Under the pieces are notes generated by a model. That model saw nothing but the letters and a program-made list of their open reading frames with translations. It had not been told where the DNA came from and searched no databases. From positions 782,436 through 846,435 of the forward strand of contig SMSO01000031.1 in NCBI GenBank assembly GCA_004764695.1: DNA of 64,000 nucleotides, written 5' to 3'. Each line of letters opens with the position of its first letter. Within the stretch, counting starts at the first letter, position 1. This document shows positions 23,471 to 36,200 of this stretch, piece after piece. A program made the translations under genes and the position numbers. The DNA comes from Schizochytrium sp. TIO01 (taxonomy: Eukaryota > Protista > Bigyra: Labyrinthulomycetes).

Positions 23471-25239
23471 CCAACAAGTCGCTCTGAGGCCCGTTCACCG
23501 CTGACTTGCGCGGCGCCGGTAGCAATCCGAAATGGGCCTCCCGCAAATTCCTCAATTCCTGGATTCCTTCGTTCGATCGTTCGTCTCAGCCTTGAGGCGG
23601 AGATCCATCGGCAAGCGGGCCACGGAGATGGCCTGTTTGTCACCTGTTGCAATACAATCAATATCAATCTACCATCGCAGCCCTGCGAGCGCCATGAGAA
23701 CAAACGTGCGGCTTTCATTCTTGCTCGGAGGCGCTCGTTGCCCTGAATCCCTGCTCGCGTGGAACCGACGGCGCAGTCCGGTGGCTGTGGGAGAATTTTG
23801 CAGTGATTAGTGCACTGCGGGAAAGCTTTCAATCGAAGAAATGCTGGGAGGGAGAGCTGGAAGGCCTGTGCTCAGACCGAGCGAGTCTCGGTCTACGAGC
23901 AGTCCAAGGTATACTCTAGGAGGGCATGGACGTGATGTGTTTCTCGTGTTGTCTGTGGTTCGCGATGGAACTTGGCTTTGGATGGAAAGAGCAGTTATTT
24001 TCAGGCTATGTATTTACTTATTTATTTATTGACTATGGTAGGTAAGTTAATAGAGGTGATGAAACTTGATGTGCGTGTGTGTGATGGTAAAAGAGGATCT
24101 GCCCTTTTGGCCCGTTTCGTGTCGTTTTTCTCTTTTTTAATAAATTGAAATTGAAATTGAAATTGATTTTTATTTTTGAAGACACAAATAAGATATTTAA
24201 ACAAACTATTTAATTTCCGGTGAAAAAAAAAAAAAAGAAAAGAAAAAAGAAGAGAGGCCGTATTTTATTTTAAGACGTCTCCACAATTGAACACTGTAGA
24301 ATGTAAAATATGTCTTATAATTTAAAAATAATATGAAAGTTTTCTTTTCTTTTCTTTCTCATAAATGATCCGAAAGTACAAAAATAAAAACAAAATAGAA
24401 AAGAAAAATACGCGTTATTTAAAAGAAAGCATGCAGGCTGTATTTTATTCCTATATACTAAAAAAAAAAAAACTACGCATAAACTACAACTAAGGCTAAA
24501 ACAAGGCATAACAAGAAAAATATGTTTCGAGGAAACTAAAGGTAAATTCTTTATATTCTAATTTAAAGAAAGGAAAACAAAGAAAGAGAGAGTAGTAAAC
24601 AGAAACGGGCTTGGAAGAACGAAAGAAAGCCTGAGACACTAGGAATCTATCGATCTATCCATCCACCCATATATCCCATTATCAAAGCCAACGGCGGCGC
24701 CAATGAAGTTTCTATCATTGGCAATGTATCGTAGTTTCCCCAACGCGTTCTAACCGACGCATCGCAATCAATGAATCAATCTAGTAGAGAACCACTTGAT
24801 AGAAGGAACAGCGGCGCATCAATCCATCCTCCATCCTCTCCGTTTCCCAAGCAGTAGACCACTCCAAACAGCAGCAGCTTTCATTAGTTAATTCGTAAAC
24901 TAGTTAATTCGTAATCTCTTTGCGGTCCCTTCGAAAGCGGTCTTCGCCGCTGAGTAGAGCGATGAGTAGACAACCACGCCCAGACGCCAAATGTGGTTAT
25001 CTATCTATCTAAATTTATCTATCGTCATCAACTTACAGCCGCTCCTCTCCAACTCAAATCTCGCTGGACAAACGAAGAGATGGGCCACCATGGTCCAAAC
25101 TAAGTCGGTGCTAAGCTTGTTCCTTATCATTTGCCTTCCTAAGCAGACACCGCGTTCTCTCAAAGCCGCTCAAAGGGCTTACGCAGAAGAGAACGCGAAG
25201 AACTTCAAGAACCCGGTCGATTGCTTGCTGCGCCACGCG

Positions 25240-25298
25240 AGTATCGTCTCGTCTCGTCGTCCAGTATAGTCTCGTCTCGTCGAGTATAGTCTCGACTC
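25240..25298. repeat. Three imperfect copies of ~20-23 bp AGTAT(A/C)GTCTCG(T/A)CTCG
   Basis: Directly visible minisatellite. Confidence 0.75.
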
Positions 25299-25941
25299 GC
25301 TGGCCGTCGGTCTGTCTGCGGCAGCCAATCAATCATTTCGTGCAGCGCACGGAAGGCTCCCAAGATTCCGGCCGTTGCAGCCTCGACGGCCTTTGTGACT
25401 CGAACGAATGGACACGCGATGGAGGGTCGTTTTCGCAAGCAAGCTGATGGAGCGACTGCGAGCGATTGAACAAATGAAGCGCGCAAGCGACTAAGTTAGC
25501 TTATTGCATGAGCAGTAGTCAGGTCTGCCATCGATCGGCATCTCCTGCTGCGTCTTCCTCGTAAGAAAGCACCTCGCGAAGAAGCCCTCCTCCTCCTCAG
25601 AAGACGGCGCTAAGGCCCATCTCGTGCACATGATGCCCGCCTTTGGTCCATGAACGTTCGTTCGTTGGTTTATTTGTTGGTTTGTGCAGGGCAGCAGAAT
25701 TATTTGCGGAGTAGAGTGAGAAACCTCAGGCACGACACGACGCCTTGTCGCTTGAGTGCCTTCTGCTGCTGCAGCTGTAATTCCAGTCATTCATTCTTGA
25801 TCGAATTGCAGTGGGCCACGTCGCAGTCGTCGTTCGTTCGATGGAAATAAATGCCCAGGCTGGCAGGCAGCTTGCTCTGCGACAGTGGCGCCGCTTGGAG
25901 GCTGGCGGCCGCCTGCCAGTGAGGCCCGAGGCAAAATTCCG

Positions 25942-26110
25942 CATTCATTCATTCATTCATTCATTCATTCATTCATTCATTCATTCATTCATTCATTCAT
26001 TCATTCATTCATTCATTCATTCATTCATTCATTGATATTGACATTGAAATTGAAGTTGATTGATTGATTGGTTCACTAATTCATTGACATTGAAATTGAT
26101 TGATTGATTC
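25942..26110. repeat. (CATT)23 followed by ATTGA(C/A)ATTG and (ATTG)n tracts
   Basis: Perfect CATT array at 25942-26033, then two copies of ATTGACATTGAAATTGA and (ATTG)n. Confidence 0.95.
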
Positions 26111-26920
26111 ATTCCTTCAGTCCTAGTAAATGTGGAGGTAATGCGCTGTGCTCGAAGGAACGGAGACTCGCTAGCTATTAATAACAAATTCGTTCGAGTT
26201 GTTAGGAATCACACCTGTGATCTGTCTGTTACGTGCGGCCGGCCGTTGTCGAGGCACGGAGGAGGTCCCAGGATCCGGCGACAAGCCGGCCGTGGCGCTG
26301 TGGATGGAACAAGTCTCCTCGAGTTTGTGGAGAGCCTTGCCATCATGCGGAATGCCGAGCATTTTTCGCAGAGCCACCCGCGCTCCTTTGCTCAGCCGTG
26401 GCAGAAAGATGCCTTGTACCAGGAAGGCGCTCCGAGACACATCAAGACATTCATTCATTCATTCATCATTCATCGCCGCCACGTACATGTCCACAGGTCA
26501 ACCTGCAAATTGCGCAAAATCAACACAGTGCAGCGAGACCTTGCCTTCTTGCTGAGCCCTCGAATCTGCGTTGACGCTGCTGCTGTTCCTCATGAAGGAG
26601 GCCGCTGCTGATGCGGAATTCGGCCCAGCTCGAAGTCCTCTTCGAAGAGAACAAAATTCCGCAATTCTGGCCGTGAGATCGCGCGCATTTCTTCAGGAGT
26701 ATAAACACCCCAATTACAGCGACACCATTATCTCATCGTGCGCAAACCACGGCAGTCATGGGAGCCCAAGGAGTCAAATAATGACAGCAGCGCCGAGAAG
26801 GGCGAAGAGGAGGTTTTCCACTAAGAGTTAACCAAAACTTGGCTTGTAAATCTTCAAGTTCTTCTAGCCGGCAGACCGACCAACACGGCACGCTGAAGAA
26901 ACCTTGAAAGAAGTCTACGC

Positions 26921-26987
26921 ACTGACTGATTGACTGACTGACTGACCGACCGACTGACTGCCTGACCGACAGACTGACAGACTGACT
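26921..26987. repeat. (GACT/GACC/GACA)n compound tetranucleotide repeat
   Basis: Directly visible. Confidence 0.9.
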
Positions 26988-27765
26988 GGGACGCAGAACC
27001 GCCTTGGAGTTAGTTCAAGCTTACTTATTAGTCAGATCAATCAACCGGAGCGAGGTTGAATGGCTCGTCTGAAATGCCCCAACTTGAAAGGTAACGAACT
27101 TACATTCAACGGCAGAGCCTGAATCATAATAGACATGCCTGGTAATTGTAAATTAAAAAATACTACGGCATGGTAGGCACCATTATGCCGCGGTACTTGC
27201 CTTGGAAAGCAAGCGTCCAGCAAAGAAAGGTAATACGTACAGGCGAATTAGTCAGTTCTCTGATGAGGCGAACAATGTTTTGTCAAGAATAAAACATATT
27301 CTTACTTCTACATAGTGCAGCAGGTACCTTACCTACCTATATATATAAAGCTAGTTGTCATGTTAAGTAGAGTACTATTGGTTCTAATAGCGAAAGAATC
27401 GTCAAACACTTAAGAAAAAGAAGAAATTAAAACGAAGAAGTGTGCTTCCGCTCGCTGCTGTGTTTTGGTCGATCACCGTTGTTCATCACGACAGCTACTT
27501 AGTGCGCGGTTAGGAACTTCCATAGTAGTAGTGTTGGAGAGAAAGTAAAAAAAATCGAATCAGAGATCGAAATTTCGAAAGAAAAGGATCTTTGAGATTC
27601 GTGGATCCGAGAGATTCTTCGAGTTCTTGCGGAGAAAGAGACTCGAGGTTAAAGCAAGCAAGAGAGAAGTTACTTCCTCGCCAACCGACAAGCGATCATC
27701 GCCCCTTGTAAGTGCCGCAGAAGAACTCGAACGCGAGATGATCGATCAGCTCTTGGCTTGAAAGC

Positions 27766-27818
27766 ATACATTACATTGTATTACATTACATTGTATTACA
27801 TTACATTGTATTACATTA
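27766..27818. repeat. (ACATT)n / ACATTACATTGTATT 15-mer higher-order repeat
   Basis: Directly visible. Confidence 0.9.
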
Positions 27819-29399
27819 CGTTGCATTCTTCGCGTTCTTTGTTATACATGGGATGGAATGGAGCATATCACTAGTACAGTCAGTGAAGGGCAAGGCCGCC
27901 AGCAAGCACTTGGCAGCAGGGGGACTTGAGGCGCCCTCCACAATGATCATCGCGATGCTCATAGTTTCGTAGAGTTGAATGTGCAGAACTCGTAACGAAC
28001 CAAGCGGGCGGACAGGTGCGGCTCCTGTTTGGCTTTCGAGAGGAAGAAGATTTAGAAAACCCATCGTTCCTCCATTCCCAATGACGTGGCCAAGGCACAT
28101 GATGTGCGTTCATAAAGGGGAATATGATTGCGCTCCTTTCTTCTATGAGAGACAGAGGTTTATACAGGAAAGCTCTTATCGCTAGGTACCTCAGCCATCG
28201 CGCTCGCCTTCCTTCTCTCCGCTTTAGCGGCCGCTTGGTCAGAGAGGTAGGCCAAAGACAGGTAGAAAGAATCAAGCTGCTAGGCTGTTTGGTTGAGTTA
28301 CATACAAGGGTTTAATGTTATGATATAAGCGTTAGTATGGTGACAAGAGAATGTGTTTGTATATGAATTCGTTTGTTTGCTTATTTGTTTATTTGTTTAT
28401 TCATTGATTGATAACCTGTCTACCTACCTAGCTTTGGTTTGCAGTGTGGCTACAACATAAATAGAGAACTTGAGGTTCAACGTTTGTGTTTTCTTCCATC
28501 TGTATGCAGAGTGTGCTCGCTCTTCTGACGCAGAGCACCAGTGAATCACGCCATCCTAAAGTTTGGGTGGCTGAGAGGTCATTGCATCTTCGATTCACTC
28601 TTTGCTGGCTCGCAAGGCTTCCCCATCAGAGCTTCGACTGCTTCTTTCGGGTTGAAGGAGCTCAAGTTGGAGGGGAACTAATGACTTCTATTCCTCTTCC
28701 TCTCTTAATTTGGCAGCAGTGCCGTCATGACTTTGAAAAAGAATGTTTTATGAGTCAGTCAAAAAAGGAAATAGAAGAGAAAAAATAGTAATCTCAAAGG
28801 GTTTCTGACAGGGTTATTCTTTAGTTTAACAGGTTCATAAATAGAGAATTTTATCGCGATGTGGAAGAGAAACAACTTTTTCGTCTATTCTTTCAAAAGT
28901 GAGGGGGCTACCTACTAGCAGTAGCTCGCAACGGGAATCAGACGGACCTATAAAAAATAAATCGTTATTGCTCATTTTCTCCTCAGTACGATGCAACGAA
29001 GTCGGCCAACCATGCTCCAAAGTTGAGGTTCCTGCAGCACTTACTTGAAGGTTTAACTTTGAATAAACAGAATGAAAAAGAAAAGAGAAGATAAGTTGTG
29101 GTATATTCTCTTTTTTTATTCATAAACCAGTGCAAGGTTGGTCGAATTTACTCGATGAACAACCGGGAACACGAAATTACTCCAGTTTTCTTTCCGAAAA
29201 AAAGACGCACAATATTTAAACCCAAACTCATCCGTAAAAGCATTTGATTTCTTACATCTGCAAAAAAAAACAGAGTACCGAGTAATTTGGGATTCAAAAA
29301 ATAAAATTTGAGCTATCCTTTATCATGTTTTTATTATCCCCAACAAAGACAAATCGAGCCTGGTGTAAGTGTGCACATCAAGCACGTCCTCGATTCAAA

Positions 29400-30330
29400 A
29401 CTGTTGAAGAACTTTAGTTCTTGTTGAGGCATGTGCAGAGACACTTCGGGAATTGTAACATACTTCTCAAGATGAAATTAACTTGAGAATGTTCTTGTTT
29501 TACTCGAAGGATTGGAAAAAGCAATGATCATTAGGTGATTGTTCTTATGGGTAACGAAGAAACAAAGCCTAGATTGTTTGGTGAGTTTATCTATAAGTTT
29601 CCTGAGCAAATTGAACATTACAGATGAGGTAATTTTTCATAAATTATGTATTAGATCCCCATAACTTGATAATTTTTCCAGCATAAATATGCTTTCAAGG
29701 TATGCATAATGTTCTTTAATTTATTTATGAAATTTGAGTTACAATATGGTGAATGATTTCATGTATGATGAATAATCAATCATAGTTTTTTTTTCATAAT
29801 TTCATATTTAAGAGTTTACTCGACGATAAAAATGAAATGATGATTTCTGAGATGCATTCGAGTTCTTGTCTTCAGATAGTTCAACGACTCGCGGTTTATA
29901 AAATTAAGCATGATTTGAACAAAGATTTATTAGTGAAGCTGCTAGAATTCTATGCCACCCAATGTGCAGATGGATTTCTTTATGAAAGAAATTTTAAGCA
30001 TGAGGGAGGTACACGTACACACTATTTGCGAAAAGTGGTCTGAAATGCGAATTATGATGAAATTTCTATGCCTTTATGATGAAGGTGTGTGTTTGTTTGT
30101 TTGTTTGTTTAGGCTGTGTTTTCGTGAATTGTACAAGTTAGAGAGAAACTTCTTAGCAATCACTCCGAAATTGTTGCTGACTGACATATTTTAGATGATA
30201 CAGAAGTCTATCCTGTGTTTTCTTATTTATGGGGTGTGTGTAGAACTTTCTCACTGGCCGAGAATCCAATGTGATGATCCAAAGCCAGATTTATTCATTA
30301 AGAAAGAATCATCATTTCTGTAAGAATATG
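29400..30330 (+). pseudogene. AT-rich decayed ORF with kinesin-light-chain-type TPR remnants
   Basis: LENVLVLLEGLEKAMIIR (29482-29535), LYE/EILSMRE (29978-30008; LYERAL.IRE) and EKLLSNHSEIVA (30143-30178; EK.LG.DHP.VA). Many stops and frameshifts. Confidence 0.35.
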
Positions 30331-32839
30331 CTTAATGCGAAAGTCACCTAGTGAGCTAGTTATCTAGCTACGCGTTACTCTAAAAACGAATGGTCGTCGA
30401 TACTTTGCGAGCAACGTCGATTGAAGAATGTTGCTCGGCCGGTGCGACGTCAACCTAGAAAGGGGGGGAGAAATATCCGAAAGAGAGCAGGCGATCCTCA
30501 GCTGGTATCTTCACAGAACGTGCCATGCCCAACTCCCCCCCACGATGGTAGTAGAGGTAACGTAATGTGGACATAGGTACCTACCTACTTTTACCTGGTG
30601 TTTCACGTTGATTGGACTCGGACTCAATACCAATGCTGTGCTTAGGACGCCCTCCTCAAGACCATGAAACCAATCTCATTCTATCCGTACTCCTACGGTT
30701 ATTGCTGGTGCGTGCTTTAGTAGGTACCAGGCATGGGATTGAAGCACGAAAGTATTATAAACCAATAAGCCAAGTGGTCCAGCTCAGGACAGATGATTTT
30801 TACCTAAGCAGTCTATTTCGGCAAATCTTGGCTTTGGCGGTGCTGAGATTTCATCCCAACGTCAGTCAGCTCGAACAGCAACTTGAGCGGACTTGAGCTT
30901 GAAGAAGGTACCCCTCCCTCTTCATCTCATATTTATTCAGGCATTTACCCATTAGTAGAGAATCAGGAGACAGCTCTCAGTGTCTCTGTGTTTTCTCTCT
31001 CGTTTCTTCTCATGAAGTGCCGCATAGAGCGTGCTAGTCGACTGCTACCAACGCCGCTGTTCTTCCCTCTTTCCACGGAAAGAAGCGAGGAATACCTGAA
31101 ATGAAATGAAAAACGTGGCTCGAAAGCCCTCATAATCTAGCCCGAAGCCGATGCACCGCCGATTTATTTTGAACCAGCTGCGAGGAGCCCCCCTCCACTG
31201 TTTCCAGTGGACGCGAGTTGCGTCCCCCCCCCCCTCCGTCCGCAGACAGGCCCGTTTTTGCTGTAGAAAGAAAGTACAAAGTCACAGTCTTTTTAATTTT
31301 TTCTGCGTTACTTATTTTATTCATTCATCTAAAAATAAAGTAGCTAGCTAGTACCTCTACTTACTAGTCGAATAGGTATGGTATGTACCCTTTTCCAAAA
31401 AAGAAAAGAAAGAAGAAGAGAATATTAAAAAAGTATAATTAAAACCTAAAGCACAACGAAAAATGAAAATTGCATAGAGCTGTGCCTATCCATAGCTATT
31501 AATTCGTACGGCTGAGCTTACATTAGCAAGGCCTAAGCACTCGCTAGGCACCCTGAAAGAAAGGAGGTCTTTGTTACAGTTTTATAAAGTTGACGGCACA
31601 AGTTGACGTCACTCTTGAGAGCAGTCAAATCTTGGGCTGCATTTGTAGGTCCCTTGCATCATCCGTGGCCTTGACCGAAGCAAGCAAGCAAGTTCTGGCG
31701 AGCTTTCCAACCGATCTCTCCGCACTTGAAGAAGGGAAAGTCGAAACCACTCTTGCGGCATCTGGCGATGGATGCCACTCCTCTTGGTGGAGGAGCAGCC
31801 TTCACTAGATGCTCGCACGAAGATGCGAGCAACCTGTACTACCAAGTGAGAAGGTCTCGGCCAGCCTCGAATGAAAATGAATGAATAGATGAATGAATGA
31901 ATGAATGATGATTGAAAGAAACTGAGAGGCATTCGTTCTTCGTCCATCACACCCGTTCTCTCGCCACTAGGCACCATGCATGCATTGTGCAGGATTTGCG
32001 AGGGCCCAAATCTTCAGAAGACATCGCGGGAGCGCTGCATCTCGGCCGGGGCCTGCTCGCGAGCTGCTCTCACAACTTGTGCTGCCGGCCCTGATGAATG
32101 TCAGCTTTGCTGCGCCGTAAGTCGAAGCTCCGTTGGGCCTGAGGCGTAAGCCTTGCGGAGGCATTCTCGCCGTCAACTCTGGAGGAAATGGCTTGAGCCT
32201 GACTGGCGCTGCAGCAATGAAACGAATGTAGAGATTCATTCGCAGCCTCAGCGATCGAGGGAAGATTGATTACCTTGAAGTTGCCCAGAACGTGTTCCGC
32301 CAGTCCATCGATTAGTCCATGAATTGATTAGAGCACGAGAGAACTGCAGCTAGTCTGTGTTGAGACGTGTGCGCGCACGAGGCGTGCTTATTAACTGAGA
32401 ACTAGGTGTGCACGAGCAAGCACGCGCTCGAGCTGGAGCTGTCAGGTCAGGGACCACGATGAGAACGAGCGGCCGCGCGTGTATCGTTATAAACATGTCT
32501 TCGATCGCCAGTACCTACTGCTTGAAGTTGTCAAAGCCTCCAGCGCTTGGGCTTTGGCAGAATAGAAACTATGAAGGAAGGAAGATTGCCGTCCTGTTGA
32601 ACTTTCGGCCATGGGTAGGTAGGTAGTCTAGTAAGCAGTTTCAATCGCATCTCGTGAAGAATCACAGGAAAAGTACTGTTCCTAAAAACTTAATCCGAGC
32701 AAATTTTGATCACGCTCGTTCTAAATTGAGTAAAACTTGCGATAGAGAAGAAAGGCCAGTAGGTGCTTACTTGAAATTTTATAATTTACTCGTCTCAACT
32801 GCCTCATACTTGCTCCATGGTTAGCTTCGCTTTCATGCA

Positions 32840-33260
32840 TTCTAGAGATTCGAACTTGATATCTTTCGTATGATTTTACAAATTGCTGCGACAATCTTCT
32901 TGGTGAAGTTGTACAGGAATTCGAAATGGATGATTCTCGGCACCGGGTTCTTCATAGCAATCGTTTCATAATGCTTCTGACGGAATTGGAGCAGCAAAAA
33001 GAAAAGGAAATCTTTGATGATAATGCTGCTGACTCGGCCATAGAGATAATAAAAAGATCAGGATCCATCTGCCATCTTTTATTTCCTGCTGAAGTTTGTC
33101 TTGTTTCGCAGGTGCAGTCTGGCATCAAGAAAAACGAGACTGCTTCTATAGTAAGATTCATGTTCCACGCCTTTCCTCAACCTTGTCATATGGTCTGCGG
33201 CGGCCGCAGTTTACAAAACGTAACAAGAAGAAGCCTGAAGTCCCCTTGCCTTTTTGCTAG
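32840..33260 (+). pseudogene. Possible decayed membrane-protein ORF (unidentified)
   Basis: One frame gives the hydrophobic runs FELDIFRMILQIAATIFLVKLYRNSKWMILGTGFFIAIVS, SAIFYFLLKFVLF and PFLNLVIWSAAAAVY, separated by stops. Confidence 0.2.
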
Positions 33261-36200
33261 TGCTACCAAACGTAGGTTCTAATAATAGAGCAGAACCCTT
33301 CATATCCTATAGCACATCGTAATGATTATCTTACACCAACTTTTTAAAAATTCAATCTTCTCCATAGTAAGTTTTTCATTCTACAGGAAGTTCTCGCCTC
33401 CAAAAATAAACAGGTAGGTACGCTTTCTAAAATTTTCACGCTGTGTATTAAAAATACATTAAGAAAAACACAACTCTACAAAAATAAAAATGTTTTTTAA
33501 ATTGAAAAACTATTTTAAATTGAATACACTTTTTTCTTTGCATATTTAATTTATTTTTGAAAACGAAACAGAAATAAATAAAATACGCTCAGGATGTATT
33601 TTTAATTTTAATATTAAAATACATTTCGGTTTTCTTTTAAATTAAATAAAAAAACGCTTTAAAAATAAAAAACATAACATTTGTTTAAAAAAATGACAAA
33701 GTTGGTTTGCAAGTCGGTTGTATTTTAATCTATATGCTCCTGTTATAATAAAAATAAAAATAAATGTTTTATTTACTTATTTTTGGAAGAGTCTGCAAAC
33801 TAATTTTTATTTTTAATTTTTCAAAGTACATGAACTAGTATTTTTGTTTTAAAAGGAGAGTAGTTTAATTCACTCGGTATTTTATTTTACTTTTTCATGA
33901 CGTTGCTTGCCTCACTCTCTTTTCGCAATCCCTTCAAGTTGTGCACTTGCGTTTACAAAAGGCTCTGCCATTCTAAATAAAAAAAAGTTCAGCTGGAATC
34001 TTTCGTGTGTTTTATTACTAAATTCGTCATTTTCTTTCTTCCTCAGTCTGTCACTCCTTCAACAAAAGTCCTCACTCTGCGCAAACAAACAGTCTGCCTT
34101 TGAAGTTCTTCGCCCCGATTCGATCCTTCTCTATCGCATCAGCCGTTCTTACGCTCGACTCTGCCCAGATCTGCTCACCTCCGTGCGGCAGCTTGCGCCC
34201 ATGGATGAAGAAGTATCGATGCTCGACGCGAGCGAATTGTGAATGAATCGTGATCATCGATCATGGAAGAGTGGACTTTCCACGAGCAAAAGTGCAGCTC
34301 GCACTTTCTCTGTCTCCTCGGCACGTCTGGAACTTCGGGACCCCTTAGTACACCTGACAGAACAGCAGCAGAAATCCTCATCGAAATGAGGAATGATGAG
34401 AACATCAGGTTTTGGAATGAATGCTGAAGTTATGCCATCCTAGAATCGTCAGATGTGAAGGAGGGGAACGGAACCCTTCGAAGCTTTTCGCAGAGGAGGT
34501 GCAGCCTGCTTCCCATCGCGCAAAACTCCCAGGGCGGCTCGCCGACACGTGTCTCGTTGGAGCTCTGTGCTAACAGAAGAGCCAAACGTCGAGCCCAGTT
34601 CCATTCCCTCGCGACGCCCGATGACCAGTGCAATTTGCGTGTGCCTCGACAATCGCGCCTCGGTCTCGTGTGCTTTCATACGCATCGCAATGCCCATTTC
34701 GGGTGCAATGCGATGGCAAAGGCTGGATAAAGCGCTAGGTACTAATTTGGAAACTATTGTAAATCTGTCAAGATGCGCAAATCATATGCCTGGGAAGCGT
34801 CAACAGCAAGCTCGAGCATTTGTCGCAGATGTCAATCGAAAAGTCGAATCGTGAAGCTAGATTATTATCACGGAGTTGAAAGCCAATTTAGCGCTGATAT
34901 TCTCTCTCGCAAGTCGCAAATGTGCCGGACCACCCTGCGGTGAACCCAACTTTGAAATTGAAGAAACCTAACTCATCCATCACATTGAGACGATGGGAAT
35001 AATGCTTTCCTTTTCGAATTTCACGCCACGTTCTCTGTGTGCAAGGTTATAGAGCTCTTTGGAGACGAGGCCAAGAAGAAGATGAATGGGCCCACTCCAA
35101 CAACACAACAACAGAAACCACTATGCCATGCCTTGTGGCTGCTGCGATAGGGCCAGTGACAGAGGGAACCAAGGCAGTGGCTTACTTTATACGAACACCC
35201 TGAAGCCGCCGAGTGCTGGGAGAACCCCTCGTGGGGTGCGTCAAACAGTCGGCGTGGTTACGCTCGGTTCTTGCCAAAGATGCGGTTCTTCGCTTGTGGA
35301 ACGTAACAATGCTATCATTCATGTAAAAACAACTAAAGAACAATAACATTTTATTATTGTATTTACCACTACTAAACATATGATAAAAACATTTAATTAA
35401 AAAAAAGGATATGTGGAAAGAACTGACTTTTCTTTAGCAGAGCAGTAGTGTCGTCGTGATTCGTCAAACTTCGAGTTTGACGACCCTTTTCTCTTCCGAT
35501 AAGACTGACTGTTCGGCCTTTTGCAGAATCATCCTCTTCTATAAACATCATCATCGCGGCTGACGTCTCAGGGTTTATGTCATACACGACCCTCGCCTGG
35601 GATTGTTGCTGTATTTAGGAGGCCTTTAATACTTCAATATTTTATACAAACTATAAGCAGTCTAAAAACTTACCTTTATTGCTTGAATTGGGCATTGAAG
35701 AGGTCTCGTTTAATGCTGTGTCTCAAACTCCAAAGAAACAACCACAACAAAAGAAGTGCAGAACTACTAAGACCAGAGAAAAACTACAGCAGTTCGTTCG
35801 TGTTGCAGTCTATCTTCAAAAAACTTAATTTTAAAATATGCAATTTACGGCACTCTTAAGGGTTGAAATAAGGAAGGATCGAAAATCAAATCGTAGAGGA
35901 CCAGGATTAATGAATGTGATATGTGATATTCTGCACGTCGGCACCGTTCTAACTTACTCACTTTGCGAGCATGTGATACTTTGAGCATGAGAATAGTTGT
36001 GAATGCGTTACGGAAAAACTGTTTGCTGAAGTCCTAGGCTTATTCTATGCTATTTCTACCGGAGAAAAAAGAAAGAGAAAAAGAAAATACAGAAAATATG
36101 GAAAAGACAAGTTAGATGAAAGAGAAGGTAAGATTAACGTGTAATGATGATTGGACCGGTGGCCATAGTTGCAACAGCTTAGAAGCAAAACTCCGAGTAA

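Noticed and set aside
27260-27275. CTGATGAG hammerhead-like core
   Set aside because: No stem II or GAAA, and no flanking helices.
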